Shown piece by piece: positions 11,267 through 21,972 of a stretch of DNA of 32,000 bases (position 1 is its first letter; every line of letters starts with the position of its first letter). The translations under genes were made by a program, and so were the position numbers. The notes under the pieces are model-generated. The model saw only the letters and a program-made list of their open reading frames with translations. It did no database searches and was not told where the DNA came from. The stretch comes from Zygophlyctis sp. KS116. Lineage: Eukaryota; Fungi; Chytridiomycota. The stretch lies in the NCBI GenBank assembly GCA_054661495.1, contig BAAFSQ010000008.1, forward strand, positions 60,172 through 92,171. The letters run 5' to 3'.

Positions 11267-11837
11267 ATGATTGCTATTTTATTCTTTGGATTCTTTTTTA
11301 ACTTTATTACGGCTTCAGTCTGCTCTCCTCAAGACTTTCTAGTTCCTGTTACTTTTCCTATAAAAATGATTCTTGATTCTAAATCCACACCTATAAGAGC
11401 TGCTGGTAATATCACAATTATTGATGGATGCACTGTAAGATTATAGAAAAATTAACATAAAGTTTATGGTTTCAGATTTCACATTGATCAATTCTGGAGT
11501 TACAAAATGGTTTGGAGCAAAGACAAAGTCTGTAGAACCTTTTCTAGTGTCGGATGAGTACGTAAATGCATTTGTTTCTGGAGGATCTCAGGTATTTAAG
11601 TTGAAAAGTATTGGTAAATCTGCAGTTTCTTTCAAGGACTTTAATGAATTTCGTCTGATGGATATTGGAAAAAATGAGTTGATTGCAATTGCAATGATTC
11701 CAAAATCTAGCGAGAATAATCAAATTTATGTTGCAAATACAGTCAATTCTACTGTAAATTCAGCATCAAGTGGGAAATCATCAAATGGAATGATGTCTAT
11801 TCTTTTTTGTGTACTTTTACATGCTTTACAGTTTTAA
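11267..11837 (+). CDS. Secreted, probably GPI-anchored DM13-like protein, paralog A (~180 aa)
   Basis: Signal peptide MIAILFFGFFFNFITA; intron 11435-11462 (28) after DGCT; AGNITIIDGCTFMVSDF; Ser/Asn-rich linker and hydrophobic C-terminus. Confidence 0.7.
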
Positions 11838-12015
11838 ATTCAAAGAATTATCATTTGAAGACAAATTTACTCATCCTTTTTAAGAGAAATCTATTCATCC
11901 AGCTACTTCTTTGAAAACTATGACGCAATTAAAGACTAGATTGATCTGGTCAACGTCACTCACTTTGAAATTGTGATGAACAATGGGAAGTACTTGAGAT
12001 GACGTACATCAAAAA

Positions 12016-12634
12016 ATGTTACAATCTGCTATTATCTTGGGATACTTTCTTCAATATCTCTCTGCATACTCCATTTGCAATACTGCAGATGTCAAGTCTC
12101 CAGTGACTATTCCGATTATATTTAAACTTGATTCTCGTTACACTCCCGTTAAACTTTCAGGAAAGATTGTGATCAATGATGGCTGTACTGTAAGTTTAAT
12201 GAGCCTAAGTATAGTTTTCTGTTTCTGAACTTACCTACTATAATGCTGGTAGATCGCAATTTTATGGAGGCGTTGGAGACAGTGTTGCTGAAGGTATCAC
12301 AGTTTCAGATGATGTCATCAATCCTGCTACTACCGGCGGTTCTCAAACCTTTAAGTTGAGATCAGTTGCTGGAGCTCAAGTTTCTTTTAGAGATTTTACT
12401 CAGTTTCGAATTTTTGATACTGATAACAAGGTCCTTATTGGCGTTGCTAATGTTCCAAGTGATTTGTTAACTAGAGGATCAACTGGAACTGGAGCCACTG
12501 GGACAACTGTGACAACAGGATCTACGACTGCTACGGCTACGGGATCTCTGAATGCTAAATCATCATCTTATCAAGAAACTGGTTCAATGTTGAGCTTTGC
12601 TTTATTGTTCGCTTATGCATTCTTTCTGTTTTAA
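12016..12634 (+). CDS. Secreted, probably GPI-anchored DM13-like protein, paralog B (~197 aa)
   Basis: Signal peptide; intron 12190-12214 (25) at the same DGCT position as paralog A; SGKIVINDGCTFSVSEL, GGSQTFKL, VSFRDFTQFRIFD; Thr/Gly-rich stalk and hydrophobic tail. Confidence 0.72.
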
Positions 12635-12772
12635 CTCTTTTATGTTTTAACCGTCTTTTCTTTACTAAAACTGATGAAACTTTAAATCTTTATTTTGGGA
12701 GTTTAGTTTTGATGAGATTCAAAAAAAAACACGTCCGATCGCGCGGCTGTATTCGGAAAAAAGAAAGGTAAG

Positions 12773-12779
12773 AAAAAAA
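12773..12779 (-). terminator. RNA polymerase III oligo-T terminator of tRNA-Ser
   Basis: T7 run 2 nt downstream of the tRNA 3' end on the minus strand. Confidence 0.85.
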
Positions 12780-12781
12780 TA

Positions 12782-12863
12782 CGACACCTGTGAGATTTGA
12801 ACTCACGCTCCCAAAGGGAAATGGCTTAGCAGGCCATCACGTTAACCACTCCGTCAAAGTGTC
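12782..12863 (-). tRNA. tRNA-Ser (anticodon GCT), intronless, 82 nt
   Basis: Acceptor stem GACACTT/AGGTGTC with G discriminator; anticodon arm ATGGC-CTGCTAA-GCCAT; long variable arm (TCCC TTT GGGA); T arm GTGAG-TTCAAAT-CTCAC. Confidence 0.97.
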
Positions 12864-12890
12864 TTGATGACTCCAGAATTTTGCAACTCA

Positions 12891-12897
12891 TTATATA
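12891..12897 (-). promoter_or_regulatory. TATA-like element upstream of tRNA-Ser
   Basis: TATATAA 28-34 nt upstream of the mature tRNA 5' end, where TFIIIB binds. The AT-rich background weakens the call. Confidence 0.5.
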
Positions 12898-13005
12898 CCA
12901 TTATTAATTTGACATGTTAATGAATCTGACACTTAATTATTGGTTATTTTGAACACTTCAGCCAATGTAAAATAAAAATAACGACGTATTTTATAATTTT
13001 TTATA

Positions 13006-13888
13006 TTAATTTTGCGTATTCATTTCCAAGAGTTTGACTGATAAATCTTTAATAACTTGATTCTTCAATCCCAGTTGCTTTTTAAGATCGTCAATTTGAT
13101 CTAGATATGAAATATTTGATATATGAAGAGCAGGTAATGATAATTCTTTAGAGTTATCTCGATCAAATCGCGTAGCTTGCATTAATATCAATGAATAATA
13201 CCTCTCAGCTTTTGTTCCAGTTCATACATCCTGGCAGAATATTCTGATCTTTGTTGGTTCATTTTAAGTTTAAGTAATTGAATCTGTTGTTCAGATGTTC
13301 GATTTAAATTCAGATTTTGTTGCGTTAATTCCTCAACTTGCTTCTCGAGCGCAGATATATCAGGCGCCTCACCAATCAGAGTTTTTTGAGAAGATAATCT
13401 GTTATCCATCTCACTCTTTCTTAAATTTAACATATCCTGTCTTAATACAGCATGCGATTCCTGTAATTCTTCATGATTTTTGGTTAAAAGTTGCAATCGT
13501 TTCCGTGTTTCTTTCAGTTCACTTTTTAAAATCTATCCATTTAATAAAAATCTATCCATACATTTTCATCATCTTTGTTGGCTCTTTCATTATCCAGATT
13601 AAGCTGAAGATCTGCCTCTAGTGCGTTTTGGAAGTCATCTTCATCATCGTCATTCACATGGCTAGTCCAATTTGGCGTATCATTTGATGATGGATTTTGC
13701 TGGACTCTTGGGATTATTGCCGGCAATGCTGCTTGATTAGATAGCGCAATTCTTAAAGGAGGAAGGACTTCTGTAGCCTTATTTGGTGCTACTTCTAATT
13801 CACCAGTCTTCAATTCTTCCAAGACTGCCGGTATTTCAGGCAAAACTTTGGTTGATGTTTTCCTTCCTTTGGATATTGATGATCCCAT
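13006..13888 (-). CDS. Uncharacterised coiled-coil protein with N-myristoylation consensus (MGSSISK), ~275 aa
   Basis: Three ORFs join via introns 13533-13561 (29) and 13176-13201 (26). ATG 13888 gives MGxxxSK. Confidence 0.75.
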
Positions 13889-14001
13889 AATGAAAATATA
13901 TTTGTGTCCGAAAACGATTTTGATCAATGATGTTCGGAAAGAATCTCTAAAAACAAATGTATTAGTGCAAACTGAAAACGATTTTATATTTAACAGAGTC
14001 A

Positions 14002-15279
14002 TCAGTCCCGAACAAGTGTCATGACACTATCATCATCTGGATGTTCATCAAAAGATGACAAATTGACATTTATATGATCACCATCCATCAACATTGGAAA
14101 ATTCACAGGAGTCACTTTTCCTTGGGGACCAATGAGAATAAACTTGTACAAATTTGAAATATGAAAAGTTTCAATTGCAAGCTGTTCTAAATCCTAAAAG
14201 TTTAAAAAATAAATTTTACCTTGAACAAAGAAGGTATTCCAACAGTCGCCATATCAGAATCACTTGATTCCGGATGAACTTTTCGTAGAGTTATATAACC
14301 ATCGTTATTATTTAAGCCTTCTACAGAGACGTCTGCATCAGTTAAATTGTCAACAAGGTCATTTAAATCTCCTGAAATTCCAAAATCTGCAGCTAATTGT
14401 TTCATTGCATCAATTGGATACTGATCCTCTTTTTCACGTTTTCTACGAGCTGGACGTACAGTCCCAAATGAAGGTGAGTCTCTGCTAGGTCCATGTGAGC
14501 GTAATCTTAGTTTAGAAGGATCTAATAGCTTGTCAGAAATTTTGACGTTTGGAAATATGACACTAGGAGTAGCCAAACTTCCTTTGGACACATCATCTTC
14601 ATAATAGTAATTTATCTAATTAATTAAAAAAATATTTTTCATACCACATGCCAAGTGTTATCATCTACAATAATAGCAAATGTTTTCTTTAAAAGCCCGT
14701 CGTCTTTAATCATTGAAGCCAAATCTTTTCAATTTAAAAGATAGAAAACATACCAGCATCCATTTGTTTTTTTGAAAGTGACCTCTTTTCTACAACTTCT
14801 TTGTAAACTAAAAAATGCCCATGTACTCTTGATTTTGACCACGCCAACCCATCAGTCCATCGCCTCATTGGTTGGAGATCCTTATCCTTTTTCAAAGCTG
14901 TTGAAAGCCCATCAGAGTTTTTGGTCTTTGAATGTGATTCTATAAATGCAAATATTGATCCTGAACGGATTGCCTGCCTTTCAAAGAGAGTTAGCCGCCT
15001 ACTAACCAGAGATAATTTATCTTCCAAGCACTGCTGTATGATTATAAGCGGATCTATCAGGTCTCCTAGATATCCATAGGCTGTCTCTGCATGAATAGGA
15101 CCATGTGAACCAACAGAAGCAGAGTGTACAGTATCTGTAGGTGATTGTGGAACAGATATAATAGCTGAGGAGTGATCAGAATGGCTATTGCTCAAATAAT
15201 CATTTGGAACGGATGGTTGTCCGATTGGACTTCCTTGAGCCATATTTAAAAAGTTTAAATTCTGAGAAGATTCTTGCAT
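14002..15279 (-). CDS. Gti1/Pac2 (WOPR) family transcription factor, ~397 aa; start may be 15243
   Basis: WOPRa: RRLTLFERQAIRSGSIFAF, MRRWTDGLAWSKSRVHGHFLVYKE. WOPRb after splicing: DGLLKKTFAI..WHVINYY..DV..GSLATPS. Introns 14725-14753 (29), 14616-14644 (29), 14194-14219 (26). Confidence 0.9.
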
Positions 15280-15304
15280 CGTCAAAAAGTTTAAATTTTT
15301 CGCC

Positions 15305-17234
15305 TCAGAAAGCCCTACGCCTAGATGCAGAATGGATTTCATGCCGACGCTTCCGCACTAAATCAACTTGATCAACCCGGTCAAGAGAGGGCCATTCTGA
15401 CCCTTGGTTAAATAATTCTTTCATCCATTCGGCAGAGAGTTTAGTAGCCTCTACTGCCATAGGAAGAATTCCAGACATGAGGAGAAATCCATGGGATATT
15501 CCTTCCAGAATTTTGACTCTTACTCCCCGAGCTTTCTTTCCATTCTTCTTGAGAGCTGTACGTAGACGAGATGAAAATATCATGGTATCATCAACAAAGG
15601 GATCTTTTTCACCAGTGAGAAAGAATGTCGGGGGAAATTCACGTAATAGCTCTTCTGGAGTTAAAACTGGAGAAAGGAAATAGTCTGAATCAAATCGTAA
15701 ATGAAGAGGAGAAGAACCAAGATACAAGACCAACATGGCTCGCATTACTATAAAATTATGAAACTTTGATACCTTCAGGTTGAAGAATTCGATCATTGAA
15801 ATAGCTCATTCGGCTAGTCATACTTAATTCAGTTGGTATTTCCTTTGAGGCATTTCTATCCATACCAAACGAATGCCTTCGACGTTTTTCTTTCAAAAAT
15901 AGATTTATCAACTTGAGATACCAAGAATCAGATCTATCAACTTCATCTTTTAAAACGTAAATTTCTCGAGGTGATTCAGCAACTGAATTTTAATATAAAT
16001 TAGGTATTACCAGCTAGAGGAGAAGTCAGGGAAATCCTTGAACGTGAATGTGCGATTGCTGAAAGTGGTTTTTCAGTATTTGTATTGAGAATCGCATGTT
16101 CTTCTGGTGTCATCCTATAGTTGAGTAATTCAAAAATACCAGCAAGCCATATCTAATGATAAACAAGGATATAAAAATAGATTTCCACAAGGAAGAGGAA
16201 TGTTGAATTCTTCAGAAAGTAAACACTTGTTAATTACACCAATAGCTATATTTGCACCTCTTTTAGTTAAATTTTTTGAACTCTTACGCAGAATCTCCAG
16301 CAAAAATAATTTTAATTGGATCTCTCTTTGGACCAAGTTGTTTTCCATATGCATCCTTGAAATACCATCCAGTGAGACCTAAGACCTCTCCATTTGATTC
16401 AACAATAGATCTATATGCATCAAATACTTCTTCAATAGCCCATGGATATGGGTGTTCCGGAGCTTTACCATAATTGATTGATACAATTGGAATTCTACTT
16501 AGGGATCTTGCCCATCCTGAAGTATAATCATCATGTGCCTCTGGGGGCATTGTCACAAATCCACCTCCTGGTACTTGGAAAACTAATTTATCAACTGTAC
16601 GACATTGAATCATTGGCACAGAACAGTATAACCGTGCAGCAATTTTTCCCTTTGGAACATTTGGGAAAGAAGTTGGAGATTCTATTTCTGGTCGAGGAAT
16701 AAAAATATTATCCCTTACAGCCAAATATCCCCTATCAAAATAAGTCACTAGTCTAATATAAGGATTCAGAGTTTTCTCCCAAGAAATTCGTAACATGTCA
16801 ATTGTAGTACATGCTCGGTATTTCCTAACTTTTTCATCGGCAGCCTCTGAATCAAATAAGTAAAGGAAAGAAAACACCAAAGATAGAATATCTCTGAGCC
16901 ACTTTGGCCTAATATTCATGGCCGTTAAAAAACCAGCGTCCAATGAGGTTAAAATCCAAGTTACTCTATAAAAACTGTGAGTATACATTCTTGCAAGTGG
17001 TTCGGGTGCATTTAAAAATGTTAAAAGGAAAAAGTTCCTGCATACATAAGTGACCAATAGAGTTGTTGTTATGATCTTCCATGGGGGAAATTTAGACAAG
17101 AATGTATTTAGTCTTGATAGCCTTTGCAATGGAATTTTATCTAATTTAAGTGCTTGTGTTCCTGCCAAGATCGTCAATAGAATCTGTATTCTCTGCCATC
17201 CAGGTGACGGTCTGCCAGCCAGGTGATCCAACAT
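15305..17234 (-). CDS. Hormone-sensitive-lipase-like alpha/beta hydrolase, ~607 aa
   Basis: PGGGFV oxyanion loop; GDSA|GAN nucleophile motif split by an intron; GEKDPFVDD; SHGFL; MTSRMSYFNDRI. Introns 16260-16287 (28), 16115-16139 (25), 15983-16010 (28), 15748-15772 (25). Confidence 0.92.
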
Positions 17235-17268
17235 TCAAACTCAAACCCTCAAACGGCAATCTGAAATT

Positions 17269-19967
17269 CTATATTATTGTTCCTAGACTCGCACCAACTT
17301 GAATAATCGTCTCCATGCATTTTTCACTATTGTCTAATAGGTCCTTGTCAAAGGAAATACGACCATTCTGGAATAATAAAAGAATTGTTGATCCCCCAAA
17401 AGCAAAATAACCGTGTTCATCCATCCTATCATTAATATATTACACTCACCTTTTAATTTGACCATTTGACTTGGTTAATACAATACTTCCCACAAACATG
17501 GCTCCTACAGCAACGAGTACAACTTTTCCAAACTGATCAGAGTTTATAACAGTTACAGTTCGTAAATTCTCAGTATATACATCAACAGAAGTTCTCACAA
17601 CCATTGAATTCACTGTGAAATAAGTTCCTTCGATTCTCCTAATACTTTCTACTGATCCATCGACTGGAAAGTGAAAGCGATGGTAATCTTGGTGTGAAAA
17701 TGAATATTTTACCTTGAGGTGCTAGTCGGCATATGGCAATAGAACTTTCGTCAAATTCATCTGCTAACGACTCATCTTCAAGCAAATTAGGCAAATTGAA
17801 GCAAGAGCCTTTAATCCACAGATTTGTACATTTTGAAATTGAAGGAAATACAGTGATTCGACAGTCAGCAGGAGAAACAGCTATATTCTAGTGTCAATGA
17901 AAATGAAATTATACAGAATCATGAGGGCTCGACAATGTTCTTGCATCTTCTTTTAACTTTCTAAAAAAGAACTCATTAAAGTTATTGAAATTTTCAACTG
18001 GTTCAAGCACTAAATTTTAAAAAAAGGTTAATATATACCTTCTTCCATATTTAATTTATGATAATTGATAAATGTTTGAATGTATGATTTACTTTTAGGA
18101 TCGTTAAATTTCATTCCCTGCTTTACTGTTAGACCTCTCAAGACTCGTTTTATGGCTTTAGTGTCGATAATCGTTCTTGATCCATAAAATTGGAAAAGTA
18201 AACGGATTCCAAGCCTGATATACATTGGAATTTTTTCTTCAACTAGTTTTCCTGTCAATCTGTCATAACATTGAATCTGTCCTCCACTAATTCTTCCAGA
18301 TGCTTTTTGAGTAACTCTATTAATTATTTTTGTAATCCATTTTTGAGAGGTGTACGTTTCTGCAAGAAATCCACCCAAAAGCAAGCTATCCAGTCTTGAA
18401 TAATCTTCCAAAGAACAAACAGAAATATGTGAAATAATTTCCAAATCAAAACCTTCATCTAATGTTTTTGAACATAAAGGACAAAACTTAATTTGACATA
18501 GCCTTTCTGTAGTCTGACTGCTATATTGCTGATTTGTAACCGAAAAATCACCAGCACGAGTTTCAACAGTTTCCGAGTCACTATACATTTTCTTTTCTAA
18601 TTTTTGATGAATTTGTTCAAAAGTCAATCTTGTCTCCAAAGCTGATGTATCTTCAGATGAAAAAATCATCTCGATACTTTCATCAGTAAACGTTGATCCA
18701 ATAGAATCAAGCATTGTAGTAAATTCCACTCTATTCAAAGCAAAAGATCCGTCACTAGGAATTAAAATACCTTTAATACCTATCAAATGCTCTAGATAAT
18801 TTAATCCAAAAATTTCTTCGAACCGCTACTAGTAAGCGATATAAATTTACCCTTGTATGATATAAAAGAACTTTGCATAATTAATGATCCTGGTGATAAA
18901 TTCTACTTTTTTAAATAAAAATTAAATACAGTTGATTCTGAACAAGAAATATCCAATTCACAAACCTCAAAATTACCTTTTTTTTTAAAATTAAAAAAAA
19001 CCTTACTTATTTCATTCTCCATTAATGGTTTATTTTCACATTTATGAATCAAATCTTTTAATTGTATTTTTACAGTTGCCAATGGATCATGAGGCAAAAA
19101 ACTAGAATTTTCAAATATTGCTATTGAAATTTCAGAATTTCTTTCATACTCTAAATCCATGACAACCACATCTAAACCTTCCATTAAATCATCTTCAGAA
19201 TATTGTAAAAACCGCGTCTTGTAAAAATTATTCCTTGTAATTTTTAATTTTACAAGTTACCTTGAATACAAAAGCGCCAATAAATCATCTTTTGAATCTT
19301 TTAAATTTTGAAAAACTTGAATTAACCTTTTTAAACTTACATTTTATCCTTAAAATCCCTTTTAAAGACTTTAAATCACTTTTTACAAAATCATTTTCTG
19401 TAGAATCCACCTCTGGACTTGACACTACCTATTTTCAATTAAGAGTAAATTACTTGATTAGACTCTGCATGTTCTTCAATTTCTTCAATAACTAAAGACT
19501 CTACTAACTAGTTAAATTCTAGATAAAAATACCAATTTTCCTAGAATTTTTCCCTGCCCACTTGTCATTAAAAGTGTGAAACAATTTCTGAAACTCCCTT
19601 GATGGCTCTTCCAAGAACCCCAATCTTAATTTAATCGCCCAAGATTGCCCCAGAGTTGAATAATACTTTGGCCTTGACTCTGAGAATATAGAATTTGCAA
19701 TTTCTAGCAATTGAAAAACAGGAAATTCAATTTCACCAATGAGTTCTGATCTAAATATTCCTTTAGAGTATAATCTGAATAATAAAACTGAATCTAGTAC
19801 ACTTGGAGCAATTAAAAAGTTGAATTCTGATTTTTTCCTCAACTTTCCCTTGAATCTCTGATCTCCTAATTTGCAAGTAAAATATACATTCTTGTCTGGA
19901 ATATCTCTTCCTGAAATCACTAATTTTAGACTATAAAAATACCATGAATTCTAAACAAGGAATTCAT
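17269..19967 (-). CDS. PSD2: Phosphatidylserine decarboxylase 2 (C2 domains, EF-hand-like region, PSD domain), ~785 aa
   Basis: FNEFFFRKLK, SPADCR, RLAPQ|DYHRFH, GYFAFGGST. 13 introns: 19920-19942, 19504-19532, 19429-19453, 19316-19340, 19234-19260, 18977-19006, 18903-18929, 18826-18850, 18755-18779, 18010-18038, 17888-17914, 17688-17712, 17426-17449. Boundaries in the poorly conserved N-terminal part are less certain. Confidence 0.92.
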
Positions 19968-20022
19968 TAAACACTTCCTGCGCCAAGAGTTTTTTAGATT
20001 TGACTAATAAATTTTACTTGAA

Positions 20023-20388
20023 ATGGGAACAGTCAGAGCTAGAAAGAGAAATCGTCATAGAGATATCAAGAGATCTTGTAAAACAAAGGCATTTAGAAAG
20101 GATTTGGATCAAATCGCTCTAAATATTTTAAATCCGCCAGTCATTGAATTAGATCCTGATCTTCCTGGACTGGGACAATTCTTATGCATTCATTGTGATG
20201 TATTCTATGCAACTCAAAAAGACTTGAATACTCATACTAGTTCAAAGGTTCATAAGAGGAGACTCAAGGCTTTGAAAAATCCTTATACTCTGGAAGAGTC
20301 TATGGCCGCTGGGGGATTGGGAGTGGATAATGGGATAAAGTCATGGAGTGGAAGTGATTTTTATAAGGCTGTTTCTTCTGCAACTTGA
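20023..20388 (+). CDS. BUD20: Bud20/ZNF593 zinc-finger 60S biogenesis factor
   Basis: KDLDQI, DPDLPGLGQFLCIHC, H..SKVHKRRLKAL..PYT.EE..AAGG. Intronless. Confidence 0.93.
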   Translation: MGTVRARKRNRHRDIKRSCKTKAFRKDLDQIALNILNPPVIELDPDLPGLGQFLCIHCDVFYATQKDLNTHTSSKVHKRRLKALKNPYTLEESMAAGGLGVDNGIKSWSGSDFYKAVSSAT

Positions 20389-20525
20389 TCTGTCTTATCA
20401 CCAGTCTGATGATCTCTTTAAAGATCTCTTTAAAAAGATTTATTCTAGGATAAAGATCTAATCTAGGATAGTAGTATAGTTGGGTTTAAAAATAAATCAT
20501 TTTCTAAGAATAGGCTAGACAAATT

Positions 20526-21972
20526 ATGAGAATCTTTGCACTGGTATTACTGAGAATAGTCTCTAGTGTAATAGTTACTACAGATCTGTATAGTACTTGT
20601 AAGGGAGTGTATGGGCCAGTCATGACTAGTAATAAGAATGGGAATATTAAAGTTGATTTGACAAATACAGCGCAGATTATTATTTATAATATTCTAGATT
20701 CTGATAAGTTGCCAAAGGATCAATTGGGAGAGTGGAATGTTTGTAATGATGAAAAGATCAAGGAGAAACAGTGCTCTCAAGAAAATAGAGGAACTGTTGT
20801 TTTGTCAAACTTAAATTCTGATTATCCAATTGGGAATTATATTAGGAATATTACTCATGCAGAACCAATATTATATACTGTTGGAGCTACTGGAATGTAT
20901 TGTGTAGATTATATCTCTCCAGAAATTCGTAGTCTAGTGATAACGATTGAATTTAATAACTCTTATGGAAATCTTCCAGGGTCTTTATATGCTACAATTC
21001 CATTTTTTACTACAATGACTGTAATTTATGCTCTTTTATGTTTGGCATGGTTTTATGGTTCATATAAAAATTCTAAAGAGTTGTTACCAATTCAGAAATT
21101 TATAAGTTATACTCTAGGATTTTTAGTGGTGGAATATTTTATGAATTTACAGCTATTTCAGGACTATAATAGGACTGGGGAGTTGAGTAAAAGTTTATTA
21201 TATATTTCTACAATTTTAAGTGCTGGAAGAAATTCAATTTCTTGGTTTATGCTTTTAATTGTATCTTTAGGATATGGGATTTGGAGGCCATCATTAGGGA
21301 AAGCAATGTATTTTTGTATTGCTTTAGCATTGACGAATTTTGTTGCTGGTTGTGCTTATAGTATTTTTGGTCTTGGAGGTCCTGATGTTGATGAATATGC
21401 ATTATTGATAACTTTACCTCTGTCATTGACTATATCTTTATTTTATTCATTTTCACTTAATGCACTTCAAATTACAATCAAGACTCTGTCAAATGCAAAA
21501 CAAAAGGTTAAGCTGGAAATGTATAGATCAATTACAAAGATTTTAGGATTTTCTATATTTATGGCTATGGGAGTAATTGTTTTGAATGCAGTAATTTTAA
21601 ATTTAATTTATTTATTAGGTATATTTGGCTAAAAGAAACGAACCAAGTATCTTACCATACTTGTGGAAATGGAGATGGATGATGCTTGATGGATTATTTC
21701 ATATAGTGTATTTTGTAGTATTCTCTGGAATAGCTTTACTATTCATGCCTACCTCAAATAATCAAAGATATGGAATGACTGAAATGATGCAAGATGATGT
21801 TGATGACGTGGAGCAGTTTGGTCTCGAGGTAGTTCATGGATTGGACGATTCGGATGATGATGAAGATGTTATAAAATGGGTGCAAGAAAATGTATTACTT
21901 AGTGATAAAGAAATGGAAAAGATGGAGGATGAGGAAACTGCGACAGAGTTTGAAATTAGGCAGCTAGTGTGA
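20526..21972 (+). CDS. PTM1/TMEM87/GPR107-like (lung seven-transmembrane, GOST family) protein, ~472 aa
   Basis: Signal peptide and luminal domain; NSYGNLPG, ELLPIQ, LLIVSLGYGIWRPSLG, KQKVKLEMY, WKWRW, PTSNNQRY; acidic tail. Intron 21591-21618 (28). Confidence 0.9.

Noticed and set aside
12857-12934. Possible box C/D snoRNA on the plus strand (AAGTG..TTGATGA...CTGA CACTT)
   Set aside because: It overlaps the tRNA 5' end and upstream TATA region in antisense, the C box lacks the purine, and I see at most about 8 nt of possible rRNA complementarity. snoscan or small-RNA data could revive it.
13889-14002. N-terminal extension of the coiled-coil gene from the ORF-track start at 14002
   Set aside because: It abuts the WOPR stop codon, and ATG 13888 gives a clean myristoylation consensus.
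17269-19967. Pseudogenes or sequencing frameshifts as the cause of fragmented ORFs
   Set aside because: Every break is bounded by GT..AG, spliced lengths are multiples of 3, and catalytic motifs are intact.
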